From: Candidatus Fermentibacterota bacterium
GTDB lineage: Bacteria; JAFGKV01
Assembly: GCA_016928395.1 (NCBI GenBank)
Contig: JAFGKV010000134.1
Span: forward strand, 2,631-66,630
Length of the DNA: 64,000 nt
Direction: 5' to 3'
Shown here: piece by piece, positions 48,415-56,609 of the stretch
Layout of the letters: each line of letters begins with the position of its first letter
Numbering within the stretch: position 1 is the first letter of the stretch
Notes under the pieces: generated by a model
What the model was told of the DNA's origin: nothing
Seen by the model: the letters and a program-made list of their open reading frames with translations, nothing else
The model's database searches: none
Translations under genes and position numbers: made by a program

Positions 48415-48556
48415 CAAGCGCCGAACTCATTGGGTGCTCGATGCCCCGACGACGAACGCATGTCCCAAGTGCCACCAGCCACGGCATCCCCACCGGGTAT
48501 GCCCTCATTGTGGTTACTATAAGGGAAGCCAGATCCTGGAGATCAAGGAGACCTGA
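48374..48556 (+). CDS. rpmF: 50S ribosomal protein L32
   Basis: MALPKRKISKTRRDKRRTHW....CPKCHQPRHPHRVCPHCGYYKG; 60 aa; GAGGAGG RBS. Confidence 0.95.
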   Translation: MALPKRKISKTRRDKRRTHWVLDAPTTNACPKCHQPRHPHRVCPHCGYYKGSQILEIKET

Positions 48557-48561
48557 CCCGG

Positions 48562-49632
48562 GTGCGTCCCGGTGAGGTTCCCGTGCAGACCGTGACCGTC
48601 GGTGTAGACGCCATGGGGGGTGACTTGGGTCCCCGCCCCGTGGTCGAAGGAACGGTCCGCGCCATCCGGGAATTGGGCGACGAGATCCGTGTGGCCCTCG
48701 TCGGCAACCAGGATGCGGTATGGTCGGAACTAGCCCGTTTGCATGCAGAGGATCTTCCCCTGACCGTGATCCACGCCACTGACAGGGTGTCCATGGACGA
48801 GGACCCGGTACGAGCACTGAGGCGCAAGAAGGATTCCTCCCTCCATATACTGGCGCGGATGCATGCCGGGGGAGAAATCCACGCCATGATCAGCCCGGGC
48901 TCCACAGGGGCCGTGGTCGCGTGCGCGCAGCTGGCCCTGGGAAAACTGGCAGGAGTGAGCAAGCCTGCCATCGCAAGCTTTCTTCCTACGATGCGGGGAA
49001 ACTCAGTAGTGGTTGACGTCGGTGCGTCTCCTGACTGTCGCCCGCACAACCTCCTTCAGTTCGCCATCATGGGCTCCCTGTATGCCAGTCTAGTGCTGCG
49101 CCTGCCGCGACCCAGGGTTGGGCTGCTGTCCATAGGCGAGGAGCGGGAAAAGGGCAATGAGCTCTCTCGGGCGGCGCACCGTTTGCTGGAACGATCGGGA
49201 TTGAACTTCGTTGGAAATCTCGAGGGGCGGGATGTCTTGCAGGGCAAGGCCGACGTCTTGGTGTGCGACGGATTCGTCGGGAATGTGGTGCTCAAGCTGA
49301 CGGAAGGCGCCTTGACCTTCTTCGCCAACCGGATCCGCCGGGAGATGATGGGTAGCATTGCCGCGCGGTTCGGCTCCTGGTTACTCAAACCGTCGCTCCT
49401 TCGGCTGCGCCGCAGCCTCGATCCCGAGGAGCTAGGAGGAGCGCCTCTTCTTGGCCTGAACGGTATCTGCATCGTTGCCCATGGCCACTCCGGCTCGCTG
49501 GCCATAATGAATGCTATCCGCATGGCCGTCAGATGTGTGAGACAGGGGGTTAACGAGCACATTCGGGTTCAGCTTGCGGCTATACCACAAGGATCATGGG
49601 TTGATGGCATTGAGGTTGCTCCGTGCAACTAA
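48562..49632 (+). CDS. plsX: Phosphate acyltransferase PlsX
   Basis: VGVDAMGGDLGP...ISPGSTGAVVA...VCDGFVGNVVLKLTEG...GAPLLGLNGICIVAHGHS. The exact start is uncertain (GTG 48562 or 48583). Confidence 0.9.
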   Translation: MRPGEVPVQTVTVGVDAMGGDLGPRPVVEGTVRAIRELGDEIRVALVGNQDAVWSELARLHAEDLPLTVIHATDRVSMDEDPVRALRRKKDSSLHILARMHAGGEIHAMISPGSTGAVVACAQLALGKLAGVSKPAIASFLPTMRGNSVVVDVGASPDCRPHNLLQFAIMGSLYASLVLRLPRPRVGLLSIGEEREKGNELSRAAHRLLERSGLNFVGNLEGRDVLQGKADVLVCDGFVGNVVLKLTEGALTFFANRIRREMMGSIAARFGSWLLKPSLLRLRRSLDPEELGGAPLLGLNGICIVAHGHSGSLAIMNAIRMAVRCVRQGVNEHIRVQLAAIPQGSWVDGIEVAPCN

Positions 49633-50618
49633 TCGATGGGTTCCTGTTCCCCGGCCAGGGGTCGCAGCATGTCGGCATGGGCCGGGAACTGGCGTCGCGG
49701 TGCGCCTCGGCCAAGGCGGTCTTCGAGATGGCCGACGACATCATGGCGACCCCCCTTACGCGCATCATGTGGGAGGGTCCCGAGGCTGCCTTGAGGGAGA
49801 CGGTCTTCACCCAACCGGCCATTCTCGCCCATAGCCTGGCGTTGCTCGCGACAATCCACGAGATCTACGGCGAAGTGATTCCCGCTGTGGTCGCAGGTCA
49901 TAGCCTTGGCGAATACTCCGCTCTAGTGGCGGCAGGAGTACTGACGCCCTGTGCCGCGCTTCGCATTGTGAAGCGGCGCGGGGAACTCATGCATCGGGCC
50001 GGCGAGACCCGGCAAGGGGCCATGGCCGCGGTGCTGGGGTTGGACACGCCAGGAGTCCTCCATGTTCTCGAGGCGGCCCAAGGAGCAGGAATCGTAGTGG
50101 CCGCCAATCTGAACGCGCCCGATCAAACCGTGATATCGGGCGTTCCAGTCGCCGTCGACGAGGCCATGAAGTTGGCCTTCGAGGCCGGCGCTGCCCGGGT
50201 CGTGCCCCTGGCGGTCAGCGGGGCGTTTCATTCGCCGTTGATGGCGGGAGTGGCCAGCGAGCTGGCTTCCGTGGTACATTCGGTCGAGTTCGCTGAGCCC
50301 GCGTGCCCGGTCGTGCCCAATGTCACTGGCGCATTGACCACCAGCCCAGCGGAGCTCCGACGATGCCTGCTCCTGCAAATCGAGAGCCCGGTACGATGGT
50401 GCGACTCCATGAGGGCCATGGCGGGCAGTGGTACGCGGACATTCCTGGAGTTGGGCCCCGGCCGGGTACTGGCCGGACTCGCAAAGCGGATCGACCGAAG
50501 CGTGTCGGTGCGATCAGTCTCCGATCTAGACGCCCTGACCACATGGGACGGATTCAGGGAATCTCCTCGACAAGAAGGCTTGACCATAGAAGGAAAGGAA
50601 AAGCGCAGAGATGCTTGA
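49623..50618 (+). CDS. fabD: Malonyl-CoA:ACP transacylase
   Basis: FLFPGQGSQHVGMG...VAGHSLGEYSALVAAG...ISG...GAFHSPLM. Confidence 0.92.
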   Translation: MQLIDGFLFPGQGSQHVGMGRELASRCASAKAVFEMADDIMATPLTRIMWEGPEAALRETVFTQPAILAHSLALLATIHEIYGEVIPAVVAGHSLGEYSALVAAGVLTPCAALRIVKRRGELMHRAGETRQGAMAAVLGLDTPGVLHVLEAAQGAGIVVAANLNAPDQTVISGVPVAVDEAMKLAFEAGAARVVPLAVSGAFHSPLMAGVASELASVVHSVEFAEPACPVVPNVTGALTTSPAELRRCLLLQIESPVRWCDSMRAMAGSGTRTFLELGPGRVLAGLAKRIDRSVSVRSVSDLDALTTWDGFRESPRQEGLTIEGKEKRRDA

Positions 50619-51348
50619 CGGACACGGACAGACCGCAGTGGTCACCGGCGCCGCGCGGGGGATCGGGAGGAGCATAGCCGTTGCACTGGCGGGAACCGGC
50701 ATGACTGTGGTGGGTGTCGACATGGCCTCCATGGAAGACACTCAGGAGGCGGCCGAAGCCACCGGCAGCTCCTTCCACTCCCGGATCATGAATGTGACCG
50801 ACCCGGCCCAAGTTCAGGATCTGTCATTGTGGTGCACCCAGACTTTGGGCGGTGCGTCGGTACTGGTGAATAATGCGGGGATCACCCGCGACAATCTGCT
50901 CATCCGTATGAAGCAGGAGGAATGGGACGCCGTCCTCTCGGTCAACCTGAAGGCTGCATTTCTTCTGACCCAGGCATTCGCCCGGTCGATGATGAAGGCG
51001 CGATTCGGCCGAATCGTAAACATCGCCTCAATCATCGGACTGATTGGCAATGCAGGCCAGGCAAACTATGCGGCTGCCAAGGCCGGTTTGATTGCATTGA
51101 CCAAGAGCGCTGCCAAGGAACTAGCGCCGCGGAATGTAACCGTGAATGCCGTGGCCCCGGGGTTCATCGAGACCGCCATGACCGCCGCTCTTTCGCAGGA
51201 GATTCGGGAGAAATACCTGCGTAGCATTCCTTTGGGGCGGTTCGGGACCCCCGAGGACATCGCGAATGTGGTGCTCTTTCTGTGCTCGCCCAATGCCGCC
51301 TATGTGACCGGACACGTCATCACCGTTGACGGCGGCGTGGTGATGTGA
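50611..51348 (+). CDS. fabG: 3-Oxoacyl-ACP reductase
   Basis: SDR motifs VTGAARGIGRSIA, NNAGITRD and YAAAKAG, with the typical end AYVTGHVITVDGG. Confidence 0.92.
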   Translation: MLDGHGQTAVVTGAARGIGRSIAVALAGTGMTVVGVDMASMEDTQEAAEATGSSFHSRIMNVTDPAQVQDLSLWCTQTLGGASVLVNNAGITRDNLLIRMKQEEWDAVLSVNLKAAFLLTQAFARSMMKARFGRIVNIASIIGLIGNAGQANYAAAKAGLIALTKSAAKELAPRNVTVNAVAPGFIETAMTAALSQEIREKYLRSIPLGRFGTPEDIANVVLFLCSPNAAYVTGHVITVDGGVVM

Positions 51349-51430
51349 GAGTTTGGTTCCCTGATCTAGACGGTGGCTCTCCATCGAGCCGTGTCTCACA
51401 CCCTCACCTCACGAAGGAGGTGACCTTTAT

Positions 51431-51682
51431 ATGTCAGCGTCTATCGAAAAAAGAGTGATCGAGATCATCATGGAGCAACTCGGCGTCGAAGAGGAGGAAG
51501 TCAAGCGCGAGGCATCGTTTATCGAGGACCTCGGGGCAGACTCCTTGGATACAGTCGAGCTGGTCATGGCGCTGGAAGAAGCATTTGACATGGAGATAGC
51601 CGACGAAGAGGCGGAGAAGATCGACACCGTCGGCAAGGCAATTGACTATATCAAGGCCAATTTCAGCGAGGAATCCGCCTAG
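51431..51682 (+). CDS. acpP: Acyl carrier protein
   Basis: [20 protein letters not shown] contains the phosphopantetheine Ser motif. 83 aa. Confidence 0.95.
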   Translation: MSASIEKRVIEIIMEQLGVEEEEVKREASFIEDLGADSLDTVELVMALEEAFDMEIADEEAEKIDTVGKAIDYIKANFSEESA

Positions 51683-51733
51683 CGGATCACACCGACCGAA
51701 GCCGGAGCCCGGCCATGCCTTCCGGCTCAGCCA

Positions 51734-51749
51734 CGCCGGACTCCCGGCG
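51734..51749 (+). promoter_or_regulatory. Small GC hairpin (CGCCGG-ACTC-CCGGCG) in the 195-nt acpP-fabF spacer
   Basis: Read directly. A second 7-bp stem (AGCCGGA...TCCGGCT) lies just upstream. It may be an attenuator or processing site. No U-tract. Confidence 0.25.
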
Positions 51750-51877
51750 TGCGTAGTCGTACATCGCCAGAGGCGAGGCGTTCATGTGCCCGCCCCTGGC
51801 GATGTATGTGACGCGCGCGAAATCCATGACACACGAAGGCCGGCGACGGGCTGGCGTGCGCCAGGGCGCAAGGAGCG

Positions 51878-53119
51878 GTGATGCCTCACAGAGTCGTCGT
51901 CACTGGGATGGGTGCCCTCACCCCCCTTGGGCTCTCCGTTCAGGAGTTGTGGGACGGAATTCGCCTGGGGAACAACGGCATTACAAGGCTTTCGAGGTTC
52001 GATCCATCAGCATTTGACTCACAGATAGCCGGTGAACTGAAGGGATTTGACCCCGAACCGATCCTCACCAAGAAGGAGGCCCGTCGCATGGACCTCTTTC
52101 TTCAGTATGCCGTGGTTGCTGCGGAAGAGGCTGTTCGTGGCGCCAGGATAGCCGAGACCGGGTTCGTTTCCCCGCGGGCCGGTGTGATCTTCGGTTCAGG
52201 CATCGGGGGCATTCAGACGCTCACATCCCAGCATGACGTGCTGCTGAAGGATGGCCCCGGAAGGGTAAGCCCATTCTTCGTGCCCATGATGATCGCGGAC
52301 ATGGCGCCTGGCCTCATCTCGATGCGCCACGGCCTCAGAGGCGTGAACTTCGCGACAGTATCTGCCTGCGCATCGGCGGCCCACGCCGTGGGCGAGGCAT
52401 TCCGGGCAGTGCAGCACGGGCACGCAGATCTCATGATCGCCGGCGGGAGCGAAGCCTCTATCTGCCCCTTGAGCTATGCCGGGTTCTGCTCCATGAAGGC
52501 CCTCGCTCGCCGGAATCATGACCCGCAAGGAGCGTCGAGGCCCTTTGACAGAGATCGCGACGGTTTCGTCATGGCGGAAGGCGCCGGCGCGCTGGTGCTG
52601 GAACGTCTGGAGCATGCCCTTGCCCGTGGGGTTGAGCCTCTAGCTGAGATCGCCGGCTACGGCGCTTCGGCCGATGCGTATCATATGACCGCGCCCGATC
52701 CCGAAGGTGTGGGTGCGACCCAGGCCATGGCGGAAGCTCTTCACGATGCCGGGATCTCTCCCGATGCGGTAGACTATATCAATGCTCACGGTACAAGCAC
52801 CAAGCTCAACGACGTTACCGAGACACTGGCCATTCACCGTGTGTTCGGCCCACACGCGACCTCTCTCATGGTGAGCAGCACCAAGTCCATGCTCGGCCAC
52901 ACCTTGGGAGCCTCCGGGGCCATCGAGCTCATCGCCACCATTCTCCAAATCCGCCACGGCTGGGTTCATCCGACGGCCAATCTTGAAAACCCCGATCCCC
53001 AGTGTGACCTTGACTATGTGCCGTTAGTGGGGAGGACGGCCGATATCTCCGTGGCCCTCTCCAATAGCTTCGGATTTGGAGGTCACAATGCCAGCATCGT
53101 CGTTCGGAGGGCGCCTTAG
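51878..53119 (+). CDS. fabF: 3-Oxoacyl-ACP synthase II
   Basis: RVVVTGMGALTPLG...ATVSACASAAHAVGEA (active-site Cys)...INAHGTSTKLND...SNSFGFGGHNASIV. Confidence 0.92.
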   Translation: MMPHRVVVTGMGALTPLGLSVQELWDGIRLGNNGITRLSRFDPSAFDSQIAGELKGFDPEPILTKKEARRMDLFLQYAVVAAEEAVRGARIAETGFVSPRAGVIFGSGIGGIQTLTSQHDVLLKDGPGRVSPFFVPMMIADMAPGLISMRHGLRGVNFATVSACASAAHAVGEAFRAVQHGHADLMIAGGSEASICPLSYAGFCSMKALARRNHDPQGASRPFDRDRDGFVMAEGAGALVLERLEHALARGVEPLAEIAGYGASADAYHMTAPDPEGVGATQAMAEALHDAGISPDAVDYINAHGTSTKLNDVTETLAIHRVFGPHATSLMVSSTKSMLGHTLGASGAIELIATILQIRHGWVHPTANLENPDPQCDLDYVPLVGRTADISVALSNSFGFGGHNASIVVRRAP

Positions 53120-53125
53120 GCGCAC

Positions 53126-53923
53126 ATGCAGGCGGGGAATCCGACCGGGGGTGCTGACGCCAGTAGCAGTGATGCGAGCCGTCTGACCCCACGGGAAAGG
53201 ACTGCGGTACAGCACGCCGAAGAGTGCATCGGGTATCGATTCTCCTCGGCACCGCTGTTGCGTCGGGCGTTGACCCATCGCTCCTACGCCCACGAGCATA
53301 GCGTCGGTGACCATAACGAGCGTCTGGAACTCCTGGGCGATGCTGTCATCGGGCTAGTGGTGACCGAGGATATCTTCAACCGTTTCGCAGGCATGGGAGA
53401 GGGTGAACTCACCCAACTGAAGTCGTTTCTCGTGAGCCGTCGGCTCCAGGCCCGTGCCGCAAAAGGCATCGGCCTAGACGAGTGTATGCTGGTGGGATCG
53501 TCGGAGGAAAGGTCAGGCATCAGGGCCCGCTTGTCCACATTGGCCAATCTCTTTGAAGCGGCGGTCGGAGCGCTCTATCTCGATGGCGGCCTTGACGCAG
53601 CCGCCGCGTTCCTGCAAAGGGTCATCCTGTCCCAAGCCCAGGCCCGAGCGCCGTCGTCCTTCGACCTGAAGGATCCCAAGACGAGCTTGCAGGAACTGGT
53701 TCAAGGCCGCGAGCCCATCCAGCCCGAATACCGGTTGATCGCCGTTTCCGGGCCGGATCATCTCCCCACGTTCACCGTCGAAGTGAGGATAGGCAAAGAA
53801 ACACTGGCCCAAGGCAGTGGAGGTTCCAAGAAAGACGCAGAACGGGAAGCCGCCCGAAATGCTCTCACTCGGTTATCCGCGAACCTGCCGGCCCGGGCGG
53901 GGGACGGCGAACCCGATCGATGA
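53126..53923 (+). CDS. rnc: Ribonuclease III
   Basis: RNase III signature ERLELLGDAVIGLVV, then a C-terminal dsRBD (DPKTSLQELVQ...FTVEVRIG...GSGGSKKDAEREAARNAL). Confidence 0.9.
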   Translation: MQAGNPTGGADASSSDASRLTPRERTAVQHAEECIGYRFSSAPLLRRALTHRSYAHEHSVGDHNERLELLGDAVIGLVVTEDIFNRFAGMGEGELTQLKSFLVSRRLQARAAKGIGLDECMLVGSSEERSGIRARLSTLANLFEAAVGALYLDGGLDAAAAFLQRVILSQAQARAPSSFDLKDPKTSLQELVQGREPIQPEYRLIAVSGPDHLPTFTVEVRIGKETLAQGSGGSKKDAEREAARNALTRLSANLPARAGDGEPDR

Positions 53924-54395
53924 GTTCCCGTACCTCACGGTGAAACTCCTGCAGGGCGACGACCAGACGCGCCCGTTGGTACACCGAAAGCAACGCGGAG
54001 AGCTGATGATCCAGCTCCTCCTGAGCGCTGCAACGCTGGCGGGCAGTTGCAGTCAGCGCTGTCAGTATCTCCTCTAGTCGTGCCTCGTTGCGACCGTCAG
54101 TGCGGAGCGTCACGCGAAGCTGCTCGGTCAGCCGTTCCCGCTGATGCTCCAACTCCCGCTCCCGCCGATCGGCCGAACTCAGCAGTGGCAGCAAGCGCGT
54201 GGCAACATCCTCCGAGGGATCCAAAGCCTCCAGGATCCGCCACTTCCTCAGCATTTCCACCCGCTCTTCGACCTTCCGGATTAGCGCGTCATCTGGAGGA
54301 GGAGCTGGTCGGGGTCCTTCCATGGCACCGGAATGCCCCAGCAGTAACAGACTCAGGTGCAGCAGAACACATCGCTCCCACGGTATCACGTGCAT
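53865..54395 (-). CDS. Periplasmic Spy/CpxP-like (LTxxQ-type) helical protein
   Basis: ATG 54395 has a TAAGGAGG RBS, followed by signal-like VLLHLSLLLLGHSGA. Helical charged repeats read RKWRILEAL...RRERELEHQRERLTEQLR...RARLVVALQEFHREV. Third gene of the ECF operon. Confidence 0.55.
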   Translation of the reverse strand: MHVIPWERCVLLHLSLLLLGHSGAMEGPRPAPPPDDALIRKVEERVEMLRKWRILEALDPSEDVATRLLPLLSSADRRERELEHQRERLTEQLRVTLRTDGRNEARLEEILTALTATARQRCSAQEELDHQLSALLSVYQRARLVVALQEFHREVRELIDRVRRPPPGPAGSRITE

Positions 54396-54405
54396 CAACA
54401 CCTCC

Positions 54406-54936
54406 TTACCCACGACCGTGTTGATCGAGGAGGCCCAAGAGACTCTCCAGTTCATCGCCCGTCAACTCCGCAAAACGGGACATTGGGGCACTGTGACGCT
54501 CGATGAAATGCCCAACGATCTTCAACTCATCCAACGATCCCGCCAGACCCTGGACAAGCGCGTCATACTCCTCACTACTCAGGTCCTCCTGCCCCACGAC
54601 CCGCCGGTCCTCAGGCCGATAGCCCGTGTCTCTTGAACGCGGCATGACAACCAATACGGCGGCGGCGGCCAAAGGAAGCAACGCCCAGCGGAGACGAGAG
54701 CGCCGACGAAATCTCATCATGGATGCGATCCGTGCATCGACGACCATCGCATTGTGTTCCAGGAGTTCCTTCGACAACGGGGGTTCCTGAACTGACCGAA
54801 GCGCCGTCAGGAGGGAGACAGTGCGCTCCACCTCGTGAGAGCAGAGGCGACATAGTCCCATGTGGCGCGCTTCGGCAGGGGTAACCGGTTCACCCTCCGC
54901 AATGGCCACCACGCGGTCAGGGGAGATGTGCTTCAT
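54406..54936 (-). CDS. Zinc-binding (ZAS-type) anti-sigma factor, single-pass membrane protein
   Basis: H-x3-C-x2-C motif (HMGLCRLC), TM helix WALLPLAAAAVLVVM and a GGAGGAGG RBS. It overlaps the sigma gene 3' end. Confidence 0.75.
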   Translation of the reverse strand: MKHISPDRVVAIAEGEPVTPAEARHMGLCRLCSHEVERTVSLLTALRSVQEPPLSKELLEHNAMVVDARIASMMRFRRRSRLRWALLPLAAAAVLVVMPRSRDTGYRPEDRRVVGQEDLSSEEYDALVQGLAGSLDELKIVGHFIERHSAPMSRFAELTGDELESLLGLLDQHGRG

Positions 54937-55471
54937 CATCCTCCTCCATGAGCGGAACGAGGTCGGCAAGCGCTTTTCTCAAATTGGCTACCGCTCCGTG
55001 AAAGGCCGCTTTGGATGTGCCGACCGCACACCCAAGCAGCGAGGCAATCTCCTCATGGGTCTTCCCGTCACGCACCCGCAGCAACACCGTGAGACGTTGC
55101 CGGGGAGGAAGGCCGGCAATGGCCCTATCAAGACGTTCCATGACGGTTCGTTCGCGACTCTCCGAAGAGAGAGGTGCCGGTGCCGCCACCCGGGCCACGT
55201 CAACATCGGCTTGGGGCCGTTGGGCTCTGAGATGGTTGAGGGCCAGATTGATCGCGATTCTGCAGACCCATGTGCCGAAGGACGACGTTCCCTGGAAGGA
55301 GTCAAGGCGCTCATACGCCCGTACAAAGGCATCCTGTGTCAAGTCCATAGCATCATCCTCGTGTCGAACGAGGCGAAACACGGTTCGCAGCACCATGGGC
55401 TGGCATTCCCTGACCAGGACGCCGAAGGCTGCACGATCGCCGCATTTCGCCTTGGCAACCAGGCCATCCAC
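54917..55471 (-). CDS. ECF-family RNA polymerase sigma-70 factor
   Basis: Region 2: DLTQDAFVRAYERLDSFQGTSSFGTWVCRIAINLALNHLR. Region 4: LPPRQRLTVLLRVRDGKTHEEIASLLGCAVGTSKAAFHGAVANLR. GTG start with GGGAGG 8 nt upstream. Confidence 0.9.
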   Translation of the reverse strand: MDGLVAKAKCGDRAAFGVLVRECQPMVLRTVFRLVRHEDDAMDLTQDAFVRAYERLDSFQGTSSFGTWVCRIAINLALNHLRAQRPQADVDVARVAAPAPLSSESRERTVMERLDRAIAGLPPRQRLTVLLRVRDGKTHEEIASLLGCAVGTSKAAFHGAVANLRKALADLVPLMEEDDEAHLP

Positions 55472-55757
55472 CCTTCATACCTCCCTAAGATTGGACACGC
55501 CACACACCGTTTGGTTGAGCAGGACGCGACGGGGCATGGGAGGAAAGTGTAATGCCCATCGACACGGGCAGAAGTGTACTATGAAAGCTCTCCACCATCG
55601 AGGGAGCGCACCCGGCATCGGGAAACCCGTGTAGAATGGGTCCTTGACGACGAGGGGATGCGACGTAACATGACACACTCTGCATGCGTGCCGAACACGC
55701 TCCAGCATTCGGCATTGTTCATCAATCGGCCGGGACGTCCCCGCCATACAGCACCTC

Positions 55758-56609
55758 ATGGTGCGGACCCGTGCCATGGCGGTAGGTGTGCCCATGGGTG
55801 CAAAGCAGATTCCGTGGACGGTACTGAGCACAGGCGATCTCCGCGCCATCGCGGCGACGGCGAGTATTGCCGGTCGCTCTAGAATGAGGCGTTCCGAACT
55901 TCTCCATGCGATCCACGCCAGCGTGCGCAGGAATCCAGGCCTGCGGGAACACGCGCACCGCAAGATCAGCGAGCGCCGTGCTACGGGCAAGGGTGACGCC
56001 CCCTCCTCTAATTCCAGGGCTCCCTCATCGGGATCATCCCTGGCGACTCCGGGCGAATTCCTGGGAGTACCCTCGCCGGAACCTGCTCCCCCTTGCTATC
56101 ACGACCGCGGCCTGCCAATCCCCAAGACCTACGGCGATGATCGGCTACGGGTCATGATCCGCGACCCGTGTAGTGCCTACACATACTGGGAGCTTGCCGG
56201 TGATCGCATGGACCGCCTGCGTCTGGCGTACGGCGATGACCTCCTCATCTCGGCACCGTGGTGTCTTCGCGTTCACTCCGTGCTGTCCCGCTCCGTTGTG
56301 GACATTGAGGTTGAGGTACAGGCATACCGTGCCTATGTGCGGCTTCAGCCCGGCGAGGTCTACCGTATTGCTCTGGGGTTCTTTGATGCGGAGCAAAGGT
56401 TCGTGGATGTGGTATGGGCAGGGCTCGTTCGTACACCCATTGCGGGCCCTTCTCCAGTAACAGATGATCGGTGGCACCTGGAACCCGGCCATGTTGTGGA
56501 CCTCACAAAGCCCTTGGATCATGCACGGATGGATGCAATCAGTCCTTCATCCATATGGGACAAACGGTTTGGCTCCCGGGGCCCTGACGATGCCGGGGAG
56601 ATGGAATGA
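55758..56609 (+). CDS. DUF4912-like protein with Rho-N-like N-terminal segment
   Basis: LSTGDLRAIAATASIAGRSRMRRSELLHAI is Rho_N-like. DDRLRVMIRDPCSAYTYWEL... matches the DUF4912 type usually paired with GH57 genes. ATGA overlap with the next gene. The start is uncertain. Confidence 0.6.
   Translation: MVRTRAMAVGVPMGAKQIPWTVLSTGDLRAIAATASIAGRSRMRRSELLHAIHASVRRNPGLREHAHRKISERRATGKGDAPSSNSRAPSSGSSLATPGEFLGVPSPEPAPPCYHDRGLPIPKTYGDDRLRVMIRDPCSAYTYWELAGDRMDRLRLAYGDDLLISAPWCLRVHSVLSRSVVDIEVEVQAYRAYVRLQPGEVYRIALGFFDAEQRFVDVVWAGLVRTPIAGPSPVTDDRWHLEPGHVVDLTKPLDHARMDAISPSSIWDKRFGSRGPDDAGEME

Noticed and set aside
49623-49632. fabH absent from the rpmF-plsX-fabD-fabG-acpP-fabF cluster
   Set aside because: The observation is real, since the plsX stop overlaps the fabD start. 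However, fabH located elsewhere is common in many phyla, so this is not evidence of anything unusual by itself.
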